This document shows positions 9,992 through 19,502 of a stretch of DNA of 64,000 nt, in pieces. Each line of letters opens with the position of its first letter. Position 1 is the first letter of the stretch. Below the pieces are notes generated by a model, which saw only the letters and a list, made by a program, of their open reading frames with translations, was not told where the DNA came from and ran no database searches. Made by a program: the position numbers and the translations under genes. This stretch comes from Gammaproteobacteria bacterium (GTDB lineage Bacteria; Pseudomonadota; Gammaproteobacteria; CBDBNL01; G965229495): contig OZ245880.1 of NCBI GenBank assembly GCA_965229495.1, positions 65,937 to 129,936 on the forward strand. Direction: 5' to 3'.

Positions 9992-10894
9992 ATGCCCAAT
10001 AAATTCGCCCACTTCCCCACCCTTGAAGACTACGTTGGCAACACCCCGCTCGTGCGCTTGCAGCGCTTGGTGCAAAACCCCAGCAGTGTCGTCCTGGCAA
10101 AGCTCGAAGGCAACAACCCGGCTGGCTCGGTGAAAGACCGACCAGCGTTGAACATGATCCGCGCGGCAGAGGTACGCGGCGAAATACAGCCCGGCGATTG
10201 CTTAATAGAGGCGACCTCGGGCAACACCGGCATAGCGCTCGCTATGGTCGCCGCCGTTCGTGGCTACAAAATGATCCTCATCATGCCGACCAATTCCAGC
10301 GAAGAGCGCAAAATCACCATGCGCGCTTACGGCGCCGAGCTCATAGAAGTAAGCAAAGAAGAGGGCATGGAAGGCGCGCGCGATCTCGCCCTTGCCATGG
10401 AGGCGCAGGGACAGGGCAAAATACTTAACCAATTCGCCAACCCAGACAACCCAGCCCAGCACTACCAAAGCACCGCCGTCGAAATTTGGCAGCAAACCGC
10501 TGGCAGCGTCACCCACTTCGTATCTTCCATGGGCACCACTGGCACCATCGTCGGCTCCAGCCGTTACTTCAAAGAGCAGAACCCTAACATTCAAATAATC
10601 GGCCTGCAACCAGCCAGCGATGCCGAAAAGATCCCCGGCATTCGCCGCTGGCCGCCGGAGTACCTACCCAGCATCTACGACGCCAGCAATATCGACGAGA
10701 TCGCCTACATCTCGCAAAGTCAAGCCGAAAGCACTGCCAGGCTACTAGCGCAAAAAGAAGGTCTCTTCATTGGCGTGTCCGGCTCTGCCGCCATCAGCCA
10801 CGCCATCAATATTGCCAACGAGCAAGATAACACAGTAGCCGTAGCCATAGCCTGCGATCGCGGCGACCGTTATCTCTCCACTGGCGTCTGGTAA
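9992..10894 (+). CDS. cysM: Cysteine synthase B (O-acetylserine sulfhydrylase B)
   Basis: Near-collinear with E. coli CysM (NTPLVRLQRL...LEGNNPAGSVKDRPALNMI...GDRYLSTGVW). Start taken at MPNKF; the ORF-track start at 9977 is also possible. Confidence 0.85.
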   Translation: MPNKFAHFPTLEDYVGNTPLVRLQRLVQNPSSVVLAKLEGNNPAGSVKDRPALNMIRAAEVRGEIQPGDCLIEATSGNTGIALAMVAAVRGYKMILIMPTNSSEERKITMRAYGAELIEVSKEEGMEGARDLALAMEAQGQGKILNQFANPDNPAQHYQSTAVEIWQQTAGSVTHFVSSMGTTGTIVGSSRYFKEQNPNIQIIGLQPASDAEKIPGIRRWPPEYLPSIYDASNIDEIAYISQSQAESTARLLAQKEGLFIGVSGSAAISHAINIANEQDNTVAVAIACDRGDRYLSTGVW

Positions 10895-11194
10895 GACAGC
10901 CTTTTATTCAACAAAAAACATCAACAACACTGTGCCGCTGGAGCACAACGCACTTCCAGCAAAGCTTTCTCTCAATTATTACCTGCCCAAGCTACATTGA
11001 TGCAACAGCCACATCAAAGCAATAAATGACTGCCCCCACCATAAGCAAAGCTGGCGCTACAGCCGCTGTAGAACCCCATGTCAAATTATGTACGAGTGGT
11101 ACCAAAAAGGGTATTGTTAATTGAATATAGTTCCAATATATTTTTGATATATTTTTCAATGCCTTATCAGCAGAGAATCTATACCTAATTAAGA

Positions 11195-11599
11195 ATGCCA
11201 AAACTTTTAGACTATTTGACCGTTCCGTTGGCAATTATACGAAAGGTGCCAACTACGAAACGATTGGTTTTTGTCGCCATAATCCTGCTTGTAGTCAGCG
11301 AGTCCTTTGCTCTATTATTTAATTTATTCGGTGAATTGCTTAGCTACTTGGCAGCAATTGGGATTTTTGCGGTCTATTTGTACTGCGGTAGAAAAGCTCG
11401 ACAAAATGCCAAGGCAACTTTCTATTTTCTACTACCCTGCTTACTATTTACCGTTATTCCATTTGTCTATAACTTCTGGTCTTCAGAGGACGCTTTCTCG
11501 TGGTTTACTTTTATTTGGAATAGCCTGCCATTTGCATTCAGCTTCCTACTACCTGTTCTTTTGCTAATGTGGGTGTACTACAAGCTACCAAACGATTAA
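11195..11599 (+). CDS. Hypothetical small membrane protein (about 4 TM), low GC
   Basis: 134 aa, strongly hydrophobic, in an AT-rich patch immediately upstream of the TIR-STAND gene. Overlaps the antisense ORF 10992-11234, which is probably spurious. Confidence 0.3.
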   Translation: MPKLLDYLTVPLAIIRKVPTTKRLVFVAIILLVVSESFALLFNLFGELLSYLAAIGIFAVYLYCGRKARQNAKATFYFLLPCLLFTVIPFVYNFWSSEDAFSWFTFIWNSLPFAFSFLLPVLLLMWVYYKLPND

Positions 11600-11639
11600 G
11601 CCGTTACGCCGTACTCTGGCTCACTGCTATGGCTAGCTG

Positions 11640-11725
11640 TTGGATAGCCTAAGCATCGTTTATCGAACCACAGATGCACACAGATAAACACAGATAGCAG
11701 AAGAGGCTAGCGAAGCACGACCCCC
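11640..11725. repeat. Dispersed MITE/REP-like repeat, L module copy (reverse orientation)
   Basis: ...gatgcacacagataaacacagatagcagaagagg(c/t)tagcgaagcacg... recurs at 14715-14780 in the same orientation; the L module recurs in opposite orientation at 53665-53710 and 56070-56110. Confidence 0.7.
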
Positions 11726-11831
11726 TGCCTCCTACCAACTAAAAATCGGCGCTCCCAGTTACAATCTGTGCTTGCATTTACCAAGCACGGATTGAAGCCA
11801 AAATAACCCAAGCCTCGCACCCCCAAAACCC

Positions 11832-14582
11832 ATGAGCAAAATATTTATCAGCTACAGCCATAAAGACGAAATCTGGAAAGATCGTTTGCGAGAGCAATTA
11901 GGTGCATTAGCTCGTGAAGGCTACTTCTCGGTCTGGGATGATCGGCAAATTGACCTAGGCGGCGACTGGTTTGCAGAAATTAAGCGCGAATTAAACCAAG
12001 CTAAAGTTGCTGTCATGCTCGTCAGCGCCAGCTTTCTCAATTCAAGTTTCATATTGACCGAAGAAATTCCCATCATGCTCCGCCGCAGGAAACAAGAGGG
12101 TATGCTACTAATCCCTTTAGTCATAAGACCCTGTGCTTGGCAAGATATACCCTGGCTTAGCGTCATCCCAGGCGGGTATAAAGATAACGTACCTTTATCA
12201 AAGTTGAGCAAACATAAACGAGAGGAAGCCCTCGCGGAATTAACCAGAAAAATCAAAGTCCGCATTGATAAGGCACCCACCACCCAAACCCCCACCATCC
12301 TCAGCGACCGCCTACCCACCGTCAAGGGTAAATTCTTTGGTCGTGAACAAGAATTGCAACTACTCGACGACGCTTGGCGTAGCGAGCAAAGCACCATCGT
12401 CGAGTTTGTCGCCTCCGGCGGCACCGGCAAAACCAAGCTGCTACGCCATTGGCTCGACCGCTCTATGGCTGATAAAGCCATGGGAATCAACGCGGTCATC
12501 GCTTGGTCTTTCTACTCGCAAGGCGCCAGCGAAGACAAGCAAATTTCCTCCAGGCTGTTCTTCGACCACGCCCTCGCCGAGCTCGGCTCACAACTTACAG
12601 AGTTCAAAACTGAGGAAGCCCGTGGCGAACACTTGGCAAAATTGCTGCGTCAGCACCGCTGCCTGCTAATCCTCGACGGTCTGGAACCACTACAACACGC
12701 CACTTCAGCCAACCGTGGTGAACTCAAAGACCGCGCCCTGCGGCAAATGCTCAGGACCCTGGCGCTCGACAACCAAGGACTCTGCGTCATCACCACGCGC
12801 ATCGCCGTCGACGAGCTCAAAGATCGCCAACCCCAAGTCATCCAGAAAGAACTCGATAACCTCCAAGCAGCAGACGCCGTCGAGTTACTCAAATACCTCC
12901 AAGTCCAAGGCACCGATGAAGAGCTCCAAGCAGCAGCACAAGAATATAGCTGCCACGCGCTCTCGGTCAGCTTACTCGGTAACCTCTTGCACAAACTCCA
13001 CGGCGGCGACATCCGTAAACGCGACCGAGTCCCCGATCTCGCAGACAGCGCTAGCGTAGACAAAGACAGCCGCCATGCCTTCAAAATCATGCAAGCCTAC
13101 GAGCGCTGGTTTAGCGAAGATAAGCAATACAGCGCCGAACTCGCCCTGCTCCGACTGCTCGGTCTCTTCGACCATCCTATCGAACTAGATGTTCTACAAG
13201 TATTGCAGCAGGCGCAAATCCCTCAGCTCACCGAGGGTATCAAACCCAACGCTTGGAGCAGTGCCATCGCCGCGCTCCGCGACGACCACCACCTGCTCGC
13301 CCAAGCCAACAATCCCCAAGACGACCAACTCGACTGCCACCCGCTCATCCGCGCCTACTTCGCCCACCAGCTACAAAATCAAGCCCCAGACGCTTGGCAA
13401 GCCGCACATACAAAGCTCTATGACTACTACAAAGACCTTCAAAGCAAAGAACAACCCGATACCCTCGCAGAAATGCAGCCGCTCTTTCGCGCCGTCGCCC
13501 ACGGCTGCGCCGCTGGCCTCCACCAGCAAGCGCTGATAGAAGTCTACTGGCTCCGTATTCAGCGTTCTAGCAAATACTACATGTGGCATCAACTTGGCGC
13601 TTTTAGCGACGATCTAGCAACAGTGGCGCATTTCTTTGCTACTCCGTGGCATACTCCAGCGCCGAGTTTGCCCTCAAATTACCAAGCCGTAACACTCGGC
13701 TGGGCTGGCTTTTGCTTACGCGCCCTCGGTCGCCTGCGCGAAGCCCAGCAGCCTATGCAGGCGAGCGAAGAAATGGCGGCTGAGCAAAAAGACTGGAGAA
13801 ATGCCGCTCAAGCCGCCAGCAACCTCAGCGAACTGCAACTCACCCTCGGCGAAGTCGAAGCCGCCGTCGCCAGCGCCGCGCGCAGCGTCGGCCACGCCGA
13901 CCGCTCCGAGAACTTATTCCAGCGCATGGCTAGACGCACCGCCCACGCCAATGCCCTGCATCAATACGGCGACCAAGACGCCGCGCTTGCGCTCTTCCAA
14001 GCAGCCGAAGAATTGCAAAAGCAATTACAGCCTGAATACCCGCAGCTCTATTCGCTGCCAGGATTTCGCTACTGCGACCTGCTGCTGGCGCTGGGCGAAA
14101 GTCAGCAAGTGCTGGATAGAGCTCAGCAAACGTTAGCATGGGTAACCGAAGCGAAATTAGGCTTACTAGATATAGCCTTAGACCACCTTAGCCTTGGCCG
14201 CGCCCACCTCCAGCAGCAACAACCAGAGCCAGCACAACAGCACCTCGACCAAGCCGTCGACGGTCTACGCGCAGCCGGAGCACAACATCACCTACCTCGT
14301 GGCCTCCTCGCGCGCGCCGAGCTCTACCGCCAGCAAGGCGACTACGGCAAAGCCGATCAAGACCTGCAAGAAGTCTTCGAAATCGCCGAGCGCAGCGAAA
14401 TGCAGCTCCACCTCTGCGACTACCACCTAGCCACCGCCAAACTCCTCCGCACCCGCACCGACCAAGCTCTGGATCAAAACCAAGCAACCATCACCCACCA
14501 CCTCCAAACCGCCCAGCAAATCATCGACCAAACCCACTACCACCGCCGCCTCCCCGAACTCAATCACCTCCTCACCACCTAA
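11832..14582 (+). CDS. TIR-NB-ARC-TPR protein (STAND NTPase, NLR-like; candidate antiphage defence sensor/effector)
   Basis: 916 aa with an N-terminal TIR domain (FISYSHKD...VMLVSASFLNSSF). NB-ARC motifs follow: Walker A FVASGGTGKTKL, Walker B CLLILDGLE, RNBS-B GLCVITTR, GLPL-like CHALSVSLLG. The C-terminal ~400 aa is helical and TPR-like. Confidence 0.8.
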   Translation: MSKIFISYSHKDEIWKDRLREQLGALAREGYFSVWDDRQIDLGGDWFAEIKRELNQAKVAVMLVSASFLNSSFILTEEIPIMLRRRKQEGMLLIPLVIRPCAWQDIPWLSVIPGGYKDNVPLSKLSKHKREEALAELTRKIKVRIDKAPTTQTPTILSDRLPTVKGKFFGREQELQLLDDAWRSEQSTIVEFVASGGTGKTKLLRHWLDRSMADKAMGINAVIAWSFYSQGASEDKQISSRLFFDHALAELGSQLTEFKTEEARGEHLAKLLRQHRCLLILDGLEPLQHATSANRGELKDRALRQMLRTLALDNQGLCVITTRIAVDELKDRQPQVIQKELDNLQAADAVELLKYLQVQGTDEELQAAAQEYSCHALSVSLLGNLLHKLHGGDIRKRDRVPDLADSASVDKDSRHAFKIMQAYERWFSEDKQYSAELALLRLLGLFDHPIELDVLQVLQQAQIPQLTEGIKPNAWSSAIAALRDDHHLLAQANNPQDDQLDCHPLIRAYFAHQLQNQAPDAWQAAHTKLYDYYKDLQSKEQPDTLAEMQPLFRAVAHGCAAGLHQQALIEVYWLRIQRSSKYYMWHQLGAFSDDLATVAHFFATPWHTPAPSLPSNYQAVTLGWAGFCLRALGRLREAQQPMQASEEMAAEQKDWRNAAQAASNLSELQLTLGEVEAAVASAARSVGHADRSENLFQRMARRTAHANALHQYGDQDAALALFQAAEELQKQLQPEYPQLYSLPGFRYCDLLLALGESQQVLDRAQQTLAWVTEAKLGLLDIALDHLSLGRAHLQQQQPEPAQQHLDQAVDGLRAAGAQHHLPRGLLARAELYRQQGDYGKADQDLQEVFEIAERSEMQLHLCDYHLATAKLLRTRTDQALDQNQATITHHLQTAQQIIDQTHYHRRLPELNHLLTT

Positions 14583-14624
14583 GCTACAGCACCAAACCAC
14601 CCCTCAGCAGCGAAGCTTGGCCGG

Positions 14625-14850
14625 CATGTAGCGCCGAGTTGTACTCGGCAGGAGGCGAGTTTACGAGCCTCCCCACCACTCCACGTTCATCCCAGCACCT
14701 CAACCTAAACCAAAGCATCATTTAACCACAGATGCACACAGATAAACACAGATAGCAGAAGAGGTTAGCGAAGCACGGTGCCTTGGGAGCGCGTGGCGTC
14801 TCGCCCGCCGTGTAAACAGTGAATCCAATAGGTTCGGCATCTAACCCAAA
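14625..14850. repeat. Composite repeat: double-hairpin element (gccgagttgtactcggc + ggaggc...gcctcc) then L and R modules of the dispersed repeat
   Basis: Direct repeat of 15196-15365 flanking the small ORF 14956-15186. Contains palindromes; the R module is ...ggagcgcgtggcgtctcgcccgccgtgtaaacagtgaa... Confidence 0.65.
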
Positions 14851-14955
14851 CACCAGCCAATCCACCCTCCAGCCGCTCTCCAATTTCAGCTTCCCAGTTG
14901 TTGCAATAACATCTCGCATAAGTTAGACTACTAACTCAACCACTCATAAAGTAAC

Positions 14956-15186
14956 ATGAACGCCATAGTCTTCGACACCCACCTGTTTGTTAGCGAGCTG
15001 AAAGTAGCAGGCTTTAACGATAAACAGGCCGAGGCTGTAGTCAACACCATAAGAAAAGCGCACAAAGCAGCAGATATCGCCACCAAAGCTGATCTGCGTG
15101 AATTGGAATATCGCTTAACGATCCGCGTCGGGACAATGCTAGCGGTTGCCGTCGGCGCACTCGCAGTACTCATAAAAGTCCTGTAG
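14956..15186 (+). CDS. Small coiled-coil protein, DUF1640-like
   Basis: 76 aa, MNAIVFDTHLFVSELKVAGFNDKQAEAVVN...ATKADLRELEYRL..., typical of the DUF1640 family; sits between repeat copies. Confidence 0.45.
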   Translation: MNAIVFDTHLFVSELKVAGFNDKQAEAVVNTIRKAHKAADIATKADLRELEYRLTIRVGTMLAVAVGALAVLIKVL

Positions 15187-15195
15187 CTGCGCTGG

Positions 15196-15365
15196 TGGAG
15201 CGCCGAGTTGTACTCGGCAGGAGACGCCCGCATGGGCGTCTCCCAAAAAGCACCTTCTTAAACTAAACCAACAACTTGCAGCAAGCACGGTGCCCTAGGA
15301 GCGCGGGCGTCTCGCCCGCCGTGTAAACAGTGAACCCGTAGGGTTCGGCTTTTGGGCAAATAAGG
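15196..15365. repeat. Second copy of the double-hairpin + R-module repeat
   Basis: gcgccgagttgtactcggcaggagacgcccgcatgggcgtctcc ... gcacggtgccctaggagcgcgggcgtctcgcccgccgtgtaaacagtgaacc. Confidence 0.65.
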
Positions 15366-15454
15366 TTACTTGAGCAGCGGGGGTTAATAGAGCTGGATTT
15401 TTAGTAGAGTGCATAATTGAGCAAAGCACCATAGCCGACTGCGAGCCTCTCAGT

Positions 15455-15780
15455 CGATCCGATTCACTGCTATTGCTGGCTCTGATGATTGCTTCAGCAA
15501 TTTGTGCCGTAGCTGGGTGGGGTTGGAAGGATGGCCTGCGGCGCTTTTATACGGCGGGCGAGAGGGTCGCGCGCCCGGGAAACCGCGCCCAGGCATAATC
15601 CAGCAAAGCTCTATGGTCTATTATCTACTCGCACTATTCTGATGCACTGCTGTTGCTAGCTACTTGGGTGGCTCAAGCGGTTTGTGCTTTGATTATGTTG
15701 GGTTGGAAGTATGGCCTTCGGCGCTTTTTACACGGCGAGCGAGACGCTCGCGCTCCCAGGCATAATCCAGTGTAGTGGGT
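15455..15780. repeat. Two diverged tandem units (~145 bp each) related to the R module
   Basis: Unit 1 ends ...ggcctgcggcgcttttatacggcgggcgagagggtcgcgcgcccgggaaaccgcgcccaggcataatccagc. Unit 2 ends ...ggccttcggcgctttttacacggcgagcgagacgctcgcgctcccaggcataatccagtg. These are not CRISPR-like (no uniform repeat/spacer structure). Confidence 0.6.
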
Positions 15781-16829
15781 TATTCGTAGCCTTGTGGGTT
15801 TTGGGTTTGCCAGTTGTGGGTGGAGGTGCACATGGTTTGGATGGTGCGGGTGGCTTGCCAGTTGAATAGTTGCTGGGCGAGGCTGGGGTCGGCGTAGCAG
15901 GTGGCGACGTCGCCTGGGCGTGGGGTGGTGATTTGATGTTTGATTTGAACGCCGGTGCTACTTTGGTAGGCGGCGAGCATTTCTAATACTGAGTAGCCTC
16001 TGCCGGTGCCGAGGTTGACGGCGCGGCATTCGCTTTGGCTTTCGCTGGCTTGGCTGGTGGTGGCGTCGGTGCTTTGCTGGAGGTAGATTAGGGCGCGGAG
16101 ATGGCCTTCGGCGAGGTCTTGGACGTGGATATAGTCGCGGACGCCGCTGCCGTCAGGGGTGGGGTAGTCGGTGCCGAAGACTTGTACTTGCTCGAGCTTG
16201 CCGCAGGCGACCTGGCTGATGACGGGCATGAGATTATTGGGGATGCCTTTGGGGTCTTCGCCAATTCTGCCGCTGGGGTGCGCGCCGACAGGATTGAAGT
16301 AACGCAGGATGCTGATGCGCCAACCTGGCTCCGAGCGCGCCAGGTCAAAGAGCATTTGCTCGATCATGGCTTTGCTGTGGCCGTAGGTGTTGGTGGGCTT
16401 GATGCTTTCCTGCTCGGTGATGGGTACGCGCTCGGCGTCGCCATAGACTGTCGCCGAGGAGCTGAATATCAGGGTTTGGCAGCGATGCTGCTGCATACAC
16501 TGCAGGAGGCTGATTGTTGAATTGAGGTTGTTATCGTAATAACGCAGCGGCTGGGCGACGGATTCGCCCACGGCTTTGAGGCCGGCGAAGTGGATGACGG
16601 CGTCGAAGCTGCTGGCGGCGAATAGCTGGGCGAGGGCGGCTTGGTCGCGCAGGTCGATGATATGCCAGGCGAAGTCTGTGCCCGCCAGCTCGCGCACTCG
16701 GTGTAGGGCTTGCTCGGAGCTGTTGCTAAGATTATCGACTACGCTGACTTCGAAGCCGGCTTCGAGCAGGGCGAGGGCGGTGTGCGAGCCGATATAGCCG
16801 GCGCCGCCGGTGAGGAGTACGTGTGGCAT
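15780..16829 (-). CDS. galE: UDP-glucose 4-epimerase
   Basis: 349 aa; TGGAGYIGSH Rossmann motif, a YGHSK-like catalytic region, collinear with GalE. Confidence 0.9.
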   Translation of the reverse strand: MPHVLLTGGAGYIGSHTALALLEAGFEVSVVDNLSNSSEQALHRVRELAGTDFAWHIIDLRDQAALAQLFAASSFDAVIHFAGLKAVGESVAQPLRYYDNNLNSTISLLQCMQQHRCQTLIFSSSATVYGDAERVPITEQESIKPTNTYGHSKAMIEQMLFDLARSEPGWRISILRYFNPVGAHPSGRIGEDPKGIPNNLMPVISQVACGKLEQVQVFGTDYPTPDGSGVRDYIHVQDLAEGHLRALIYLQQSTDATTSQASESQSECRAVNLGTGRGYSVLEMLAAYQSSTGVQIKHQITTPRPGDVATCYADPSLAQQLFNWQATRTIQTMCTSTHNWQTQNPQGYE

Positions 16830-16830
16830 A

Positions 16831-18102
16831 TTAAAGATCTTCTTCGTCTTCGATGACGGCGCTGAGTTGGGCTTTGTCGACGAAGCCTTGCTCGATATGT
16901 ACGGTTTGCACCAGGTAGTTATTGATGCGCAAGCAGACGTTGGCTTCGGGCAGGTTTTCCAGGCGCTCGATTATGAGACCGTGCAAGGTTACGCCTTGCC
17001 AATGCGGCAGGTTCCAGCCGAGGCGGCGATTGATGGCGCGGATGTTGACTTTGCCATCTATGAGATAACTGCCGTCGGGCTGCTTGCTTATGAGCTCGTC
17101 GCCTTGGTTTTTCATGTCGCCGAGGAGCTCGTCGAGCAGATCCGAGAGCGTGATCAAGCCTTGGAAGGCGCCGTGCTCGTCGACGACGAAGCAGGAATCG
17201 GCGTTGGCGCTACGCAACTGGCTGAATAGCGTTAGCAGCGGCATGGTCTCGGGGACGAAGAGTAATTTCTGCGTGTTCTTGCGGACTCTGGCGGCGCTGA
17301 GTTTATCGGCTTGGCTGAGCGCGAGCAGCGTGCGCATTCGTATGACGCCTTCGACTTTGTCCATGTCGCGGTCGTAAACTACCAGCCGACTATGGTCGAT
17401 GTTGCTGAGCTCGGTGAGTTGGGTGTTTTCCAGGTCGGAGACGTCGATGCCCGCGAGTTCTTTTTTGGGCACCAGGATGTCTTCGGCGCGCATACTATCC
17501 AGATCGAGGATGCTGATGATGACGTCGCGATGCCTCGAGGAGAGCATGGTGCTGGGGTCCGATATCACCGAGCGCAGGTCTTCGAGATTGTAATTGCTGG
17601 TGTTGCTGTCTTTGGCGAGCTTGTCTTTGCTCAGTAGCAGGTTGGCGAATTTGACCACCAAGGTGCTGAAGGGTTTGAAGAGGAGGTCGATTGCGGTCAG
17701 CGGGTAGGCGTAGAGCCGAGCCATAAGGTCGGCGTTGCGCAGGGCGTAGTTCTTGGGCGTGATTTCGGCGAATACCAGCACGACCACGGTGAGCGCTATC
17801 GACGACAGCACGATGGCGCCCTCGCCCCAGACGCGGATGGTTATCAGCGTTACCAGGCTCGATAGCAGGATGTTGGATAGGTTATTGCCGAGCAGGATGG
17901 TCGCGAGTATTCGATCCTGGCGCGTGAGCAGGCGATTGAGCAGCTTGGAGCTGCGCGGCGGCTTGGTGGTGCTGCGGAGTTGGCTGCGGAGCTTGTGCCT
18001 ATTGGTTGCGAGTAAGGAGGTTTCCGAGGACGAGAAGAAGCACGAGAGCAGCAGCAAAAATAAGACGCCGGCGAGTGCCAGGATGAGGAAGTGATTGCTC
18101 AT
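16831..18102 (-). CDS. CNNM/CorC/HlyC family transporter (DUF21-CBS-CorC_HlyC)
   Basis: Real start taken at the internal MSNHFLILALAGVLFLLLL (ATG 18100-18102). The ORF-track N-terminal Arg-rich extension overlaps argH and is not credible. CBS pair and C-terminal CorC/HlyC domain are present. Confidence 0.75.
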   Translation of the reverse strand: MSNHFLILALAGVLFLLLLSCFFSSSETSLLATNRHKLRSQLRSTTKPPRSSKLLNRLLTRQDRILATILLGNNLSNILLSSLVTLITIRVWGEGAIVLSSIALTVVVLVFAEITPKNYALRNADLMARLYAYPLTAIDLLFKPFSTLVVKFANLLLSKDKLAKDSNTSNYNLEDLRSVISDPSTMLSSRHRDVIISILDLDSMRAEDILVPKKELAGIDVSDLENTQLTELSNIDHSRLVVYDRDMDKVEGVIRMRTLLALSQADKLSAARVRKNTQKLLFVPETMPLLTLFSQLRSANADSCFVVDEHGAFQGLITLSDLLDELLGDMKNQGDELISKQPDGSYLIDGKVNIRAINRRLGWNLPHWQGVTLHGLIIERLENLPEANVCLRINNYLVQTVHIEQGFVDKAQLSAVIEDEEDL

Positions 18103-19502
18103 GCTGAGGGCTCGGTGGCGGTTAGTTGCTGAGCGGCGAGTAGCTGCTGGCGGACTTGGTCGAGCGCGGTGCCGCCGAAGACGGCGCGCGCGGCGATTAC
18201 CGCGTCGAGCGTTAGCGCTGAGTAAATGTCCGGCTCTATGCGCGAATCGACGCTTTGCAGGTCGGCGAGGCTGAGTTCGCTGATGTTGCAACTCTGGGCG
18301 ATGGCGAGCGCGACGATGCGGCCGCTGATGCTGTGGGCGTCGCGGAAGGGGATGGCCTTACGCACCAGGTAATCGGCGAGATCGGTGGCTTCGAGGTAAC
18401 CGAGCTCGGTGGCAGCGCGCATGGCTGGGGCTTGAATGTCCATGCTGGCTATGAGACCTGCGTACACGTGCAAGCAATCGCTGACGGTGTGTACGCTATC
18501 AAACAGGGCTTGTTTGTCTTCCTGGAAGTCTTTGTTATAAGCCAGGGGCGTGGCTTTGAGCATGACTAGTAGGGAATTGAGGTTGCCGATGACGCGGCCG
18601 CTTTTGCCGCGCACGAGTTCGGGGATGTCGGGGTTTTTCTTCTGCGGCATTATCGAGGAGCCGGTGCAGTAGGCATCGGCGAGCACGACAAAGCCGAAGT
18701 GGCTCGACGACCAGAGCACGAGCTCTTCGCTAATGCGCGATAGGTGCGTTACCAGGATGGCGGCGGCAGCGGCGAATTCGATGAGGTGGTCGCGGGCGCT
18801 GACGGCGTCGAGCGAGTTCGCCATGGGCTGGGCGAAGCCGAGTAGTTGGGCGCTCAAGTGCCGGTCTAAAGGATAGCCGCTGCCGGCGAGCGCGGCGGCT
18901 CCGAGTGGACATTCGTTGGCGCGCCTTTGGCAATCGCGGAGGCGAGTGTAATCGCGCTGTAGCATTTGCCACCAGGCTAGTAAATGCTGAGCGCAACTGA
19001 TGGGCTGGGCGTGCTGCATGTGGGTGTAGCCGGGCATTATGGTCTCGACGTGCTGCTCGGCTTGCAGGAGTATGGCAGCTTGCAGTGCTTTGATTTGCGG
19101 GCAGATTTTATCGATGCTGTTGCGTAGGTAGAGGCGGGTGTCGGTGGCGACCTGGTCGTTGCGCGAGCGGCCGGTGTGCAGCTTTTTGCCGAGATCGCCG
19201 ACCAGTGCTATGAGCCGCGTTTCGATGTTGCTGTGGACGTCTTCCTGCTCGACGCTCCAAGTGAATTCGCCGCTAGCAATTTCGCCTTGGATTTGGGTAA
19301 GCGCCGCGATTAGCTGCTTGGCTTCGGTTGCGCTTAGCACGTTGGCTTTTTCCAGGACTTGGACGTGGGCGCAGGAGGCGGTGATGTCCTCGACGTAAAG
19401 TTCTTTATCGAAGCTGACCGAGGCGGTGAATTCGGCGGCGAATTGATCCAGTGGTTCTTGAAAGCGACCTCCCCAGAGGTTCTTATTCATAGGGGTTGAC
19501 AT
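18099..19502 (-). CDS. argH: Argininosuccinate lyase
   Basis: MSTPMNKNLWGGRFQEPLDQFAAEF... plus the fumarate-lyase signature GSS(I)MPQKKNPD. Start at M73 (19502) or M77 (19490) of the tracked ORF; the upstream extension is spurious. Confidence 0.85.
   Translation of the reverse strand: MSTPMNKNLWGGRFQEPLDQFAAEFTASVSFDKELYVEDITASCAHVQVLEKANVLSATEAKQLIAALTQIQGEIASGEFTWSVEQEDVHSNIETRLIALVGDLGKKLHTGRSRNDQVATDTRLYLRNSIDKICPQIKALQAAILLQAEQHVETIMPGYTHMQHAQPISCAQHLLAWWQMLQRDYTRLRDCQRRANECPLGAAALAGSGYPLDRHLSAQLLGFAQPMANSLDAVSARDHLIEFAAAAAILVTHLSRISEELVLWSSSHFGFVVLADAYCTGSSIMPQKKNPDIPELVRGKSGRVIGNLNSLLVMLKATPLAYNKDFQEDKQALFDSVHTVSDCLHVYAGLIASMDIQAPAMRAATELGYLEATDLADYLVRKAIPFRDAHSISGRIVALAIAQSCNISELSLADLQSVDSRIEPDIYSALTLDAVIAARAVFGGTALDQVRQQLLAAQQLTATEPSA

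Noticed and set aside
10992-11234. 80-aa minus-strand ORF overlapping the start of the 134-aa membrane ORF
   Set aside because: The two cannot both be real over the 40-nt overlap. Neither has recognisable homology, so only the longer is kept, at low confidence.
15455-15780. Tandem repeats considered as a possible CRISPR array
   Set aside because: There are only two diverged ~145-bp units with no short uniform repeat/spacer periodicity, and no cas genes in the window.
16831-18291. Arg-rich N-terminal extension of the corC ORF; similar Pro/Arg-rich extension of the argH ORF (to 19718)
   Set aside because: The extensions overlap upstream genes and have no protein-like composition. Conserved N-termini begin at internal Met codons (18102; 19490/19502).
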